A stretch of DNA of 62,860 nucleotides, counting the filler, from Choristocarpus tenellus KU-1152 (taxonomy: Eukaryota; Protista; Phaeophyceae): NCBI GenBank assembly GCA_964200185.2. It is 11 parts of 11 records of this genome, joined end to end, with 100 filler letters (N's around TTAATTAATTAA, not from the genome) between each part and the next. Parts side by side here need not be neighbours in the genome. Positions count along the whole stretch, not along the records: positions 11,428 to 13,949 come from CAXNAD020027105.1; positions 14,050 to 19,400 come from CAXNAD020011064.1; positions 19,501 to 24,886 come from CAXNAD020010957.1; positions 24,987 to 29,337 come from CAXNAD020014972.1; 7 more parts are not named here. One strand, given 5' to 3'. A program made the translations under genes and the position numbers. Of this stretch, positions 13,638 through 26,231 are shown one piece after another (within the stretch, counting starts at the first letter, position 1; each line of letters begins with the position of its first letter). The notes under the pieces are model-generated. The model saw only the letters and a program-made list of their open reading frames with translations, was not told where the DNA came from and did not search any database.

Positions 13638-13949
13638 CCCCCCCCCCCCCCCCCCCACCATCTACTAGCGAGAATGATAGCAGCAGCGGCAAAAGGGTCA
13701 TCACCAAATGTCAACGCAAGGAACCAAGCTTCTCATGCACCTTATCATCACCAAATGAGAAACTGCTGCGTTGACGCCTGAGACCCTGCCCGCCCTCATG
13801 TTCAACAGCAGCAAACAAGCTTGACTCGCCAGAAGCTGCAACTTCCTGGGCGACCAGAAAAAAAAAAGTACCGTGTCATCCAAAGGAACAGAAAAAAAGT
13901 ACCAGTCAGGAGGGGGGGGCGGGGGGGGGGGGGGGGGGGGACACAAGCG
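11428..13949. repeat. Low-complexity contig: (AAT)n, (CTA)n 12013-12043, (AGAGAT)n 12425-12456, long poly-A/C/G tracts
   Basis: Read directly; the homopolymers produce the poly-G/F/P pseudo-ORFs. Confidence 0.9.
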
Positions 13950-14049
13950 NNNNNNNNNNNNNNNNNNNNNNNNNNNNNNNNNNNNNNNNNNNNTTAATTA
14001 ATTAANNNNNNNNNNNNNNNNNNNNNNNNNNNNNNNNNNNNNNNNNNNN

Positions 14050-14115
14050 TTTCCTGATTTTGACCCTAATGGACACCCTGTTGTAGACCCCCCCCCACCA
14101 TAGATATATTGGGTC
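14050..14115. mobile_element. MITE family C terminal fragment (poly-C next to TIR)
   Basis: AATGGACACCCTG...GACCCCC...AGATA..TTGGGTC; the same end occurs at 29438-29474 and 43162-43253. Confidence 0.75.
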
Positions 14116-14507
14116 GAATGTGAGACCTTTGGGCACTTCACATAGTTCCCAGGTACCACATATGGGAGAAATTGCTGCTTAGTTGAACGCCATCAGGTCA
14201 AGATTATAGCATCCCCAAGTTGACAACCCAGAAACAGACAGATCAACTTATAGGTGCCACCAACTGTGCAACCACTATCCCTCCAGACGAAAAGCATATC
14301 AGTGGAAGGCCGGGATTCCGGTTTTTACAGTGAATAACTCAAGTGTCGATAGAGTATGAGGGTGGGCTTTCGCTTCACCATTACCCACCCGGTTGGAGTC
14401 CTCAGAACTCCAAATATGATAAGCCAATCTATGGAGGATCACATACATCTAGTGAATGATTTTGAGCAGTGGAAAACCCCCTCCCCCGATTTTACGGTAA
14501 CCCAACT

Positions 14508-14776
14508 CAGTCGAAGTAAATGGGAGGGGTACCCAGGCTTCGGTTGTTTTGACTTTGAAGGCTTCTTATCGATTCAATCCCATTCCCTCATATTTCTATC
14601 CATGAAGTTCTACGTACTACTTGCGGGCGCTTATTTCTCCTTTTTTTTAAACGTTTCGGATATAACTCGGAAAATATCGTGTACACGTTTGTAAAAAAAT
14701 ACGATATTTGCAAATGCCACTCTGATCTCAGATCCTTAAATTCCAACTCTGGTATACCTCTCGTTTGCTTTGACTC
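14508..14776 (+). mobile_element. MITE family D copy (degenerate left TIR)
   Basis: Ends TACCTCTCGTTTGCTTTGACTC; internal homology to 16834-17081 and 21064-21322; no matching TSD. Confidence 0.82.
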
Positions 14777-14809
14777 CGTACGATATTGCACCATCCAGAT
14801 GCGTTATAT

Positions 14810-14862
14810 AAATATTAGTATATAGTATTATGCCCTCTGACATTTTGCAGATGTTTCAGGGA
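14810..14862 (-). mobile_element. Extreme 5'-truncated RLE-LINE copy (3' hairpin and AT tail only)
   Basis: Minus strand CCCTGAAACATCTGCAAAATGTCAGAGGGCATAATA matches the LINE terminus at 30351-30390. Confidence 0.75.
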
Positions 14863-14938
14863 CTAGTATCACAACAGTGCCGTCCAGTTGTTCAATTGTC
14901 GTGACCATAGCTTAACCAACTGACAGTGTCGGGGTTGA

Positions 14939-15195
14939 GAGTGAAAGTATCTTAGAGGGTACGGGTTTTGCCCTGTTTGTCCATTTAGGGATTGGATTCC
15001 CTTGGGGATTTTATGACATTTTCCTACTTCAAAATATTAAGAGTAGGTCAAATGTATATGCCATGAAAAGGTGTGTCCGGAACAAGGATATTGATACTTC
15101 CTAACAAACATATCAGCCAAAATTACATCAAAATTGCAACATTGGGTTTTGGCCCCCAAATGGACGCAGCTCTACCCTCTAAGATACTTTGGCTC
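14939..15195 (+). mobile_element. MITE family A, complete
   Basis: GAGTGAAAGTATCTTAGAGGGTA...TACCCTCTAAGATACTTTGGCTC; flanks TTGA/TTCA. Confidence 0.93.
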
Positions 15196-15232
15196 TTCAC
15201 TTACTGTAAGTTAACTTACCGTGCAGTGGTAC

Positions 15233-15477
15233 GACCCAAAGCATTCAAGAGGGTAGGAGTTTTTCCCTGTTTGTCTGTTTGGGGTTGGCTTCCCACGTTT
15301 TTTTATACCCTTTTTCAATTTTCTATGTGAACACAGTTACCTACTCCAAAACATTTTGGAGTATGACTATGAAAGGTGTGTCTGGAGCAAGGATATTGAC
15401 ACAAATACATCAAAATTGCAACATTGGATTTATGACCCCGAATGGACATGGTTCTACCCTCCTAAATGCTAGGGGTT
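15233..15477 (+). mobile_element. MITE family A variant with GACCCAAAG terminus, TSD TAC
   Basis: Body largely homologous to family A; TAC at 15230-15232 and 15478-15480. Confidence 0.85.
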
Positions 15478-15552
15478 TACACTCACCATTAAAAGACAGA
15501 TACAGTAATTACTATGTACTGTTGTTTTGCACGAAATCTGTGTTGCGTAGAT

Positions 15553-15800
15553 AATGCAATCCTAGCTCCTCGCCCTGTGGTGTATTGCTAAGCTGGGTTG
15601 GAGGCATAGGAGGGGAGTGGTGTAGCATAGCTGGTAGACAAATAGTAAATTGATTTTAGAGGGCTATCTTTCACATTTACGACAACTGTTACTTTTACAG
15701 GAGTTCTTACGATATTGAATTGCATAATAATATACTATTGAATTGCTGTTTCCCCTGAAACATCTGCAAAATTTCGTAAGGGCATAATAATATAATAATG
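15553..15800 (+). mobile_element. RLE-LINE 3' UTR fragment with hairpin and (AAT)n tail
   Basis: Homologous to 30170-30395. Confidence 0.8.
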
Positions 15801-15844
15801 TACTGTAGGTCCCTACTATTAATATCACTTGTCTTACACTAAAC

Positions 15845-17235
15845 AGGATCTGCTTCAATTCTTTAAGGGCACAACCAGTCAACCCTCCAGCAGATGGAGA
15901 GGAGCAAAGGGGGGGAAGTCCTTCACTGGCTCTAGCCCACCACAGGAGCCAGTGTGGGTAAGGGGTTAATGCATGGATCACCACACACACCCTAGAGCTG
16001 CAAGCACACTGGATTCCTTCTGCGGAATTTAGCTCTACCTCCAGCAGGTCTCTGGGAAGAGAGAAGCATTATTCCCAGACAGGTGCCTGGTGATGGGGTA
16101 CAGGAGGCAGAATGTTGACGCCAAACATACACCCACCTGCCCTAGGGCAGGAGGACAAGTACATCAGCACACACCAATTGTGAAACAGCTAGCCCAAACC
16201 TGCAGGGGAAATGACCATCGCTTGCACAATGGAGGATGGCAGCCTGTTGTGGTGGATAGAAATTTCTGCATGGATGTGGTATTACTTGCTTGGTCACTAT
16301 CTGAGATTGACTTTGCCCCCTATTGCGACATAGGCCTACTTCTGAATGTTTTTTTTCCAAAAGTCCGGGCACCTTTCCACCTGACCAACTCATCCACCAG
16401 GAATGGTATCGCTGTTGTGGTAGCTGAGGTGTGAAAGTGCATCCATTGTTAGGGATATTTTGATCCTTGCCATTTTACTATCAACACCTTTGTGATGGAA
16501 AGTTTTGGGCGCTTCAGTGTAAGCAAGCAGAGAACGTCCTTGATGAGTTGGCCTCCCATGTGGTAGGGGACGGAGGGCTGGGGGTTACAGTAGGAAGGGG
16601 ACTGTCCAGACTCCTTTGAGACAGATAGTATCCGAAACTGCACAGGTAGCTCTTTCAAGGAATGTTATGCGTTTCAAGCTGGAGACTCTGGGCCAGTGGG
16701 CACAAAGGGGCCTTGCAAATTCTAGGGATTCTTCTCTCGCTCCTCGCCCACCTTTGTAAGGCCAGGCTCGCGGCATTGTGGTGTGAATATTCATTCGTAT
16801 GGGACAATCTCCCAGAGGACATTGTTGTATACTGAGTCAAAGTTATTGAGAGGTACCCAGGTTTAGGCCATTTTGCATTTGAAGTCCGTTTTTCAATCTA
16901 TTACAATTCACCCATATTTCTACGGATGAAGTTCTACGTTATTACTTGAGAGTTTTTTTTCCTCTGTTTGAAAATTTTCGACACAATTCAGAAAATATCC
17001 TGCACACATTTGTATAAAAAGCTGCATGTTTGTCAGCATCCTTCAAATGCAACTCTTGGTACCTCTCGTTTACTTCGATTCACTTTCAAGTAGAGATTAC
17101 AGAATTTAAGGATGTACTGCAGCGTCTATTGGAAGATGACAACCTTAATATTAGATCAGACCTTGTGTTTTGTTTTGGTCTTCGTCTTTCCTTCCCCTAG
17201 CACATGTGCCAAATGTCGATGAGCATAATAGTACA
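15845..17235 (+). mobile_element. 5'-truncated RLE-type (CRE-like) non-LTR retrotransposon relic; 3' UTR interrupted by a family D MITE
   Basis: Degenerate Zn-knuckle (KHTPTCPRAGGQVHQH) followed by RLE motifs DRNFCMDVV...LLLNV...AEV*K...TFVMESFGRF and a QIVSV-type tail; 3' terminal motif near 17195-17230. Confidence 0.85.
16834..17081 (+). mobile_element. MITE family D, complete, TSD ACT
   Basis: GAGTCAAAGT...GAGAGGTA / TACCTCTCGTTTACTTCGATTC; ACT on both flanks. Confidence 0.9.
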
Positions 17236-17379
17236 CATAGTGTATTTCACGGGTACAAATGATTGTTACATACTGTTCGATAAACCTCCAACGATCAGCA
17301 AGTGATCGTGCACAAAATGTGCAGCCGTGTAGACCTCGGTCAAAATTTTGCGCTCTGTGTGGTATGGCACTTAACAACA

Positions 17380-18350
17380 TTGAATATTGCTACGCCCTAC
17401 AGCATATTGCGGATGTGTCACGGTTCTCCAGGGAGAAGACAAAGATAAAATCTACCTAGACTTCTTATTTACTAGAGAGGTCATTTCCAAAATACTTACC
17501 AAAACTGTACTAACTATAGAAGAGTGTCCCCTGGGAAGTATTTCTTCATGTACCAACGTTCACATGACTGTGCCTCCAGCCTAGCCCTACGACGATTGGT
17601 GAGGAGCAAGGGAAGAATGTCAAGAATCTTTGAGGCCCCTTCATGCCTGCCGGACTGGTCTCTCCCACCTGATGTGCATAGCATGCATCGAAAGAGCTAC
17701 CTGTGTGTAGTTACAAATCTTCTATTTCTATCAAACGAGTCTTAACAGCCATTTCCTACTGTAACCTCTAGCCACTCCTCCCTCTACCATATGTGTGGGG
17801 AGCTCTCTGCTTGCATACTGAGGCATCCAAACCTTTCCACCGCAGAGGTACTGAGATCAAAATTACGAGATTCAAGAGATCCCTCGTAATAGGTGTACTT
17901 TTATGTCTTGGTATTGCAACAGCGAGATTATTCATTGCTGGCAGATGAGTTAATTGGTCAGGTGGCAAGGTGTGAACCTCTGCAAAAGCAACATCCAGAA
18001 GAAGTATGCCTTAGTCGTGATAAGAGGCGGAGTCAGCCTCTGATAATGCCCCAGCATGAACTCCACATCCTTGTGGAAGTTCCAATCTCCTGCAAAAGAT
18101 TGCCATTCTCCATTGTGCAAGGTGTACCCATTCCCTCCTTGCAGAGTTGGGCTTATCGCTTCATCGTTTGGTGTGTGCTAACCTAATGTACTTGTCCTCC
18201 CGCCCTAGAACAGGTTCGCGCATGTCTGGTGTCCACATGTTGCCTCCTACACCCGACCACCGGGCACCTAATGGGCAATACCTATTCTCTCATCAGAGAC
18301 CTGCTGGCAGTGAGGCTCAACCCCACAGGAGGAACTTGGGGTGCTACCTC
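17380..18350 (-). mobile_element. RLE-type non-LTR retrotransposon relic, inverted relative to 15845-17235
   Basis: Reverse-complement homology to the Zn-knuckle/RLE region and the 3' UTR of the 15845 copy. Confidence 0.82.
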
Positions 18351-19254
18351 CAGGTGCTGTGTGGTGGCCCATAACGCTGTTAATAAATTACATGTCTTTA
18401 GTTAGTTTAATACGTAAGTCTTATGAGGAATTAGTAGGTATACAAATCTGTCTTGGACACTGTCCGACTAAATACCCTAAAACACCATAATTTTAGCGAG
18501 CGTAACAGATTATCACGTTCGCCAATATATATATATGTATATAATAGGTCGTTTGATTAAAAAAAATTGTGGCAATGTGTACACTCGTACAAATCATGAA
18601 AGGTTGCCCAAGTTTTGGAGGGATGAAGTCGTGTTGTAATCAGACGCGTCAATATACTGTAGCAAATTGTGTTCGCCTATCAGATTGTGCACCAAATAAT
18701 GTATGGATGAGAGGCCTCTCCGTTCTGACCCCCGTTAGGGTTGCGTTTGATGGATTCCTGGCACTGAAATTTTGTCCAACATGGTCTACTCTTCGCGAGG
18801 AATTCCATGGTGACCACCTCCTACTACTCTGATTTGTTCTGTGGGAGGGTATAATTTTTAGCAAGTGCCCACATTGTCATGGTTGTCTGGATGTTGGTAG
18901 TGCACATTATTCCTTTGCTTTGCTTTGCAATAACGAAATCAGTTGAAAAAAAATGAAAAGAACAAAAGGAATCAGTATAGAAAAGAAGAAAAAGAAAGAG
19001 AAACGACCCAGTCTATGTACGATCATAATGAAAGAATCTAGTAGGTGTAACGTACTCTAAACAAAATAACATGCAACACAAAAATCTCGAGCCGTACCAA
19101 CTCCGTTCAATCTGAAAAAAAATAGTGGGAAAAGACGGACCCTGCAATAATAATAATAAAAAATAAACCAGAAGAGAAGGACAACAAGAATACAGTATTC
19201 AGCGGAACACATTGATGGTAATTGGTTGGACGACTGCCTTAGCTGCTCGCTTCA

Positions 19255-19400
19255 CAGTGAAAGTATCTTAGAGGGTACGAGTTTTTCCCTGTTTGTCCAT
19301 TTGGGGCTTGGCTTCCCACGGGTATTTTATGACATTTTACCTACCCCGAAACGATTCAGAGTAGGTAAAATGTATATACGTTATGAAAAGGTGTGTCCGG
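19255..19400 (+). mobile_element. MITE family A, truncated by contig end
   Basis: Left TIR plus ~120 bp of family A body. Confidence 0.9.
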
Positions 19401-19500
19401 NNNNNNNNNNNNNNNNNNNNNNNNNNNNNNNNNNNNNNNNNNNNTTAATTAATTAANNNNNNNNNNNNNNNNNNNNNNNNNNNNNNNNNNNNNNNNNNNN

Positions 19501-19600
19501 CCCCCTACCGCGTGTGTAGCCAGGTCATCCAGAAAACTTCTGCTTGCTTACCGAGACACCCAAAACTTTCCAACGTGAAGGTGCTGAGGTTAAAACTATT
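19501..19600 (-). mobile_element. RLE-LINE fragment at contig start
   Basis: Matches 31430-31525 (AACTTTCCA...GAAGGTG.TGAGGTTA). Confidence 0.78.
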
Positions 19601-21063
19601 AATATTATTTGGAAGTGTATAGGGCAGAATAAAACAAATAAACAAAACATAACAAAAAAGTTCCTCTATCATCATACAAGTGGTTCAATCCTCTGATAGA
19701 ATACCGAACACAGTCAAATCATACCAAATACGTGAGTGCACCCTCCCTTGATTTGGAAGCAATGTTTATGGAGTGAGGTGGTGAGGTAATTCGAATGAAG
19801 AGTTTAACGATGTGATCCAGAAATTGTTAGAACAAGTGTGTGAGTGTGTGTGTGTGTGGTTTGAACGTACTTTGGTGTGGGAGTTACAAATTGACCATCC
19901 TTGCATTTGCGACCTACCCATTTCTATTTTTGTGTTGAGCTTTAGGATTGTACACTCTAATTATATGACACCCTGTCTATATCATCAGTCAATGATAACG
20001 GAACTACAAGAGATAGTTGGCCTACATGGAAATAGTGGGTACGTCATCTCTGAAGGGGTCATGAGTCTGACACACATGCAGTCAATGAAGAAAGGTGGGT
20101 TGAAAGTGGAAGTTAAAGGGTTGGTGTGCGGTATTTAATTTGAATGATAGACGGGTGTTGATATTCTTTCTGTTGCTCTACCACAAAAAAAATGATAGGC
20201 CAAGATCAAGGTGGCAATATTGAGGAGGGTCCAGCACAAGAATATTTAGGGAGGAGGCCGAGTGACAGTCGGATTTCTGCACCCACCACACGAGAAGAAT
20301 TGCAACAGCGGAGGAAATACAAATAGTCATAGTGGAACAGATGCATACACCAGCACCAGTATATATTACCAAACGAAAAGGTGGGCATTTATATTATATG
20401 ATTTATATATATTATAATATACACATAAATATAATACTCCCACAACTTTTGCATTGAAATATTCCTCAAATCGTATTAAATTAATGAGACAAAAAAAGCT
20501 GAGGGCAAGGGACATCTGCCCGATCGGATGATGAGCAGAAAAATGAATTTCGATAGGTACCACATGTTTCACAACAGGAGTTTTGAGTTTGTTGGAATGG
20601 GTAGGGTAGGAATAACACATATTTCCTAGCATAACTGGCTGGGAAAACCGCGAAACTTTGAATATTAATATTTTCCATGACGAGGAAGGATAATGCACTA
20701 GCAGAAAGAAATACGATGCTCGTGTGATACAGGTAATAGGTGGTAATGTTGGGAGTGATATAGGGCCCGAGAAATTACGTCATTTAGAGTCGGGGTGACA
20801 GTGATCGAAGTATTTTGAAGCCTTTGGAAGTACTTGGCGTCCAAGGCATGAAAAAAACAAAGAAGGCGTTAGGTGCATTCTGCTCACGGTAGACGCTAAA
20901 TAGTATATATAAATCCCTGCATATTACCATGAGGACTAGTCTTCCAGGCCTTGTTGTTCTATTGATGTTTGGACCACTGAAGGTTTGAAACAAGAAATGT
21001 TTTGAGCTCACGCGGGCTCATTCTTTCTTGAAATCCCTACACAGGCTGCCATATCTCCACAAT

Positions 21064-21322
21064 GAGCCAAAGTAAACGAGAGGTAGCCAAGTTTTGGCAG
21101 TTTTGCATTTTAAGCAGGTTTTTCAATCTTTTTCAATCCACCCATATTTCTATCGATGAAGCGCTGGGTTTGAACTGAGAGTGCTGATTTCTCTATTAAT
21201 TGAAACTTTTCGACCTAATTCAGAAAATATTACACACACATTAGTAATAAAGGCCGAATTTCGCACATATTTGTCAGTACCCTTTAAATGCAACTCCGCG
21301 TACCTCTCGTTTGCTTTGACTC
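21064..21322 (+). mobile_element. MITE family D, complete, TSD AAT
   Basis: 22-bp TIRs GAGCCAAAGTAAACGAGAGGTA / TACCTCTCGTTTGCTTTGACTC; AAT on both flanks. Confidence 0.92.
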
Positions 21323-22236
21323 AATGATGTTTGGGGATCTTGCGAATGGAAAATTGAAGCAAGGTGGACAGGAGAAAAAATGGTGGAACATGTCTCCAAG
21401 ACGACCTTGAGAAGGTTGGGATTGGAGTTGAGGGTTGGAGCACGATCGTCACTATCCAACAACAGCAGTATGAGTATGTAGCTAATGGTACAAGAAGGTT
21501 CATGACCGAATGGCACTCCAAGGAAGCTCAATAATAGCAAATAATGTGTACGTCACACGAAAAGCAGCAAGTAAGGTCGCCCAAGTCACCAACACCACTG
21601 ATATCACTGTCTGCTAAAAGCTGTTTCTTTGTAGGCTTATTTTCTTGCATTCCTTGTTCTATTTATTTTTTCTCTTCCGTTTGCGTTTCTTGGGTGATAG
21701 TGTTTTTCTCCTACAGGTTCTAGGTTCTTCCCTTCCATTTGTTTTCTTCCCTTTTCTTTTTCTTTTCCTTTTCTCCCATTGCTTTGATTCTCTTTGTGGT
21801 TCTTGTTGCATATTCTCAAGATTGTGCATTGCTTTCTTCGCACTATTTTTTCGATCACGGGTCTGGGATCCCTCAAACTAATTAGCAAGAACCATAATGA
21901 TAGCAATAATAATAATGTCAACAATAATATAATGTCTCCATCTACCTGTTCGTCCACAATTCACCCTGTTGCAAAGTCCTCAGAACCTAATTATGATACC
22001 CTCCTCGTGTAGGATCATATATATTATCTTGTGAGCGACTCTAAACAGTGGAAAAACTTCATGTATGTAGTCCGAATTTAAGGTTTCCAGCTACCACATA
22101 GGAGAATACGTTGCTTCATTGGACATAATCAGGTCTAGACTATAGCACGCCCATTCGACAACCTAGAACAGAAACCTCAGCTTTTAAGCATCATAGCGCA
22201 ACCGTCTAGACTTCCCTGCAGACGAAAAGTGCACCT

Positions 22237-22500
22237 GAGTCAAACCGAGAGGTAGGCAGGGTTGGTTGCATTTAAAGGATCCTGAGAAAGGGGAAAAATA
22301 CACCATTTTGTACAATCGCAGAAAGAGTCTTCGCTGAATTGTGGCGTCACTATAATTATTGTGGAAAGGAGAAAACGTCAATTTTGCGTACACAATTACG
22401 CAATTAAAACAATGAAATAAAGCATACTGTACAGAATAAGAAAGACGACTTAGAATGCAAAATGATTCAAACTTGCGTTGCTTTCAAATTGATTTGACTC
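22237..22500 (-). mobile_element. MITE family D, degenerate copy
   Basis: GAGTCAAACCGAGAGGTA ... GATTTGACTC; flanks ACCT/GCCT. Confidence 0.65.
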
Positions 22501-25500
22501 GCCTGTGAAACGTCAGGATCCTGATCTTTCCAATGCACCCCTCAAGAGTTGGTAGATTGAGAGGGCTTCGTTGGTGATGATGCAGCAAAGAGTGACAAGT
22601 AGATTGAAATATTGCTTCTCAAAAAAATGAAAAAAGGCGGACTAAAAATGATATTTTCATGCTTACTATGTATCAGTTCCTACCAAAATGGTTATTATCT
22701 CTGGAAGGGATCCTCACCGTCTCTTAGGCTCCTCTCACGTACGTATCGTGCGAATCCAAGTAATTCCTAACCGTCCGTCCGTTCATCTATCTTTCTGTCT
22801 GTATGTTACCAGCAACGGCTCTCTCACGTATATATGTACAATATGAAACCAATTTATGTCCATCCATCATCTGTGTGTGTACATTATTACCAGTATCGGT
22901 TTCATTCTTGCGCGTAGGATCACCTGCGCTCGTTCATAAATAATATAAAAGTCCTGAAAAATAGAAAACTCACCATCGAAGACCACTTGCTGTTTGGGTC
23001 CCTCTCTCACGGACGTTTCGTTTTTAACCAAGTAATTCCTGCCCTTTTAAACCTTACAACTTCATAGAGGTGATTTTCCTCTTTCCAACATTTTTGAATT
23101 TTGGTGTGTATTATGATGCCTTGCTGAAGTTCAAAAAATAATTTAGAAATGGGTAGCTCACAAATACGACTTTATTCTTTCTTACTCAAGGTAAAACAAA
23201 AACGAATACAGAGCAAAAACTCCTCTACTTCCAAGATATACCTTCTCTCTTCTGATCATTTTACGGAGTCAGATCACAAACAATATATAGTAGGTGGGGC
23301 GGGCGCCACTTGTCATGGAAGCAACGTGTATATGGAGTGAGGGGATAAGGTAGGATATACTGTACGACAATTAATACTTTATCGAGGATACATAACACAG
23401 TTCGTATGTAGGCCAGTCTTCGATGCAACACCTTCACTTCAGCGTGAGTTCCCTCGTACGCAAAGATGCAAGGAGTTGGGTCATACTCCCTCCTTTCTTC
23501 CCTTGTTCAATGTGGAACCTTTGAGGTGTTCAGCACATAATAGGGGCCTAATTACTCTAGCGTAGTATGAGAAATATTATTATTCACAAATAACAGTCGA
23601 TTTCAAAAATTGAGGATGGAGCTTTTCATTGAGGATGGGCTTGACCCAAAATTGACAGGGATAAAGTGTCGATAGGGAGGTTTGGACCATTCTGCATGCT
23701 AAGTCGTCTTTCTTACCCTGTGGAACACACCTTATCTCATTGCCTTATGTGCTCAGTAGTGTATACAAAATTGATACTCCCTCCTTCTACACACAAAGTG
23801 ACATCACAGTTCAGCAAAATCTTTTTCTGAAAATTTGTACAAAATGGCGTCTTTTTGCCATTTCTTGATATTCTTAAGATGCAACCTTGCCTACCGCTCA
23901 ATTACTTTGGCTCTGATCAGTGTCGAAGGCAGCAGTCCGCTTATTATTTATATATCATCACAGTAGTCTAAGAGATCCCAGACATTTGATCTAAGAAGTA
24001 GTCCAAAAATGGCAATGCATACTGCTTGAGAAAAGGTAGCAAGGACCAAGAAGAAGAACAAACAAGTGGAAGAAAAGAGAAAAAAGCATGAGGAGGAGCG
24101 AAGAAAGAAAAAGAGCAAAGGATGCAAGAGAATAAAATCGTAAGGAAAACAGCTTTAAGCAGACAGCTGTCGTGGTGGTGTTGGTGCCTTGAGCGATTTT
24201 AGCCGCCCGATCTCGATGACCTTAACGTAGCAGGAATATATGAAGTTTTGACTTGAGTTAGCTCAAGGATTAAGAAGTAGTTTTCTTTATTTAGAAGATT
24301 TGGTGATCTTGAGTACCATACAGTTGTGAGATTTCACGCGACAGAATTGCAAAGACAGTAAGCATCAGCCAAACCAAGTAAATAAAGAGCATTTGTCAAA
24401 GATTTGGTATGAATGGGGCATGATCTCTCAAGGACTTCAGACAAGTCTTTCATGAACCTTCTTGTGCTGTTAGCCACACACTCATACCACTGTTGTTGGT
24501 TATTGGCGCTCATGGTGAGTGTTACCATAATTATCTTTATATAGAAAAAATAAACAAGAGTGGAGTATGTAGTGTGCAGGGTCTCTGACCATGGAACGGG
24601 GTACTTCGGGCAATCCCAGACTACCGAGAAAGTGAAGACAGAGTGCCGTAACAATATTAACATCAATAAAATCTAATTTTAAATCTGTTGACTGTTTCAT
24701 ATTGTTGTTATTTTTTCAATGCCCATAGCGTTTATCACGATTCAGAATAAACCCGATAATATTCGTGGTTATCCTGAAAACCGTATTAGTAAGTGGATGT
24801 TTTGTATGCTTGCAATGCGGAATTTTTTCCACTAGCCAAATAACAGGGGATCCTCAAAATTGGGGATGGCCCCGGACTATGGGTATNNNNNNNNNNNNNN
24901 NNNNNNNNNNNNNNNNNNNNNNNNNNNNNNTTAATTAATTAANNNNNNNNNNNNNNNNNNNNNNNNNNNNNNNNNNNNNNNNNNNNCGGTGACCCTTACA
25001 CTAATTTCACATGGGTGGGCATGCCAAGGGACCAGGGGGGAGGGGGATCTGAAGAGTATGTGGAGAGGGAGATGAGATTTGATGAGCTTATGAATAAGTT
25101 CATAGCACACTACAAGTACAAGGAAGAAAACGTAGAGGATGAAGTCCTGATGATGGAATCTTGCTTTTCAAACAGGCTTTGTGTTTGCGCTATTGACACT
25201 CTATGTGATAGTGAACGGTGCAATTGGTATTTTACTTTTGTAAAGTACACAAGAAGAGGTAGGAAGACGTAATACAGGACAAAGAGTCATTTGTCAGTAG
25301 AATGTAGAGTGTGATTGAGAGTCAAGAGTCAATAGGAAGAATTAATCGCCACTGGTTGTCGACAACGTATTTACGTAAGATTGTCCTCATGGACAAGAGC
25401 AGCTCACTTCGTTCTGAGCAGTGGATGATATTATACTCTAACCAACCTTCTGAAGAGCACTGGGATCACCATTGTTACTTTAACATTGCTCGAGGTCATG

Positions 25501-25541
25501 ATACAAGGTCAGAGTTGACAGCTTTGTTTGGTTATGCATCA

Positions 25542-26061
25542 GAGTCAAAGTATCTTAGAGGGTAGGGCCGCGTCCATTTGGGGGCCAAAATCTAATGTTG
25601 TGATTTTGATGTAATTTTGGTTATCGTGTTTGTTAGTATGTGTCAACATCGAGTGAATGTATCTTAGAGGGTACAATCTTGGCCGTGTTTGTCCGTTTGG
25701 GACGTGGATTCCCATGGGCTTTTAATTACGTTTTACCTACTCCAAAATGTTTTGGGTGGGTAAAATGTATAAGCTATAAAAAGGTGTGTCCGGAACAAGG
25801 ATATTGACATCTTCTAACAAACATGATAGCCAAAATTACATGAAAATTGCAACATTAGATTTTGACCCCCAAATGGACATGTCTCTACCCCCTAAGGTAC
25901 TTTGACTCATCCTTGGTTCGGACACACCTTTTCATAACGTATACATCTTACCTACTCTGAAACAATTTGGAGTAGGAAAATGTCATAAAATAACTCATGG
26001 GAAGCCAAGCCCCAAATGGACAAACAGGGCAAAACTCGTACCCTCTAAGATACTTTCAATC
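25542..26061 (-). mobile_element. MITE family A (outer copy, TSD ATCA) interrupted by a second copy
   Basis: Halves 25542-25650 and 25912-26061 rejoin to one family A sequence; ATCA at 25538-25541 and 26062-26065. Confidence 0.92.
25651..25908 (+). mobile_element. MITE family A (inner, inverted copy), TSD ATC
   Basis: Complete TIRs; ATC at 25648-25650 and 25909-25911. Confidence 0.93.
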
Positions 26062-26231
26062 ATCAGAAGCTCAAAATGAGAGGACTTCACACAAAAATAA
26101 ATTCCATAATATAACAAATTACGTCAAATTCAAACAAAGATTTGCCAATGCCGTCTAGTGTGATGATGGTACACCTACGTGCATGGCACTGCTGTAAAAG
26201 ACTACTGAGCACTACACTGACAACTGTGTTG

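Noticed and set aside
13401-13949. Poly-Gly/Phe/Pro ORFs (also 40072-40360 and 54782-54970)
   Set aside because: Translations of homopolymer runs, mostly near contig ends and likely inflated by sequencing artefacts.
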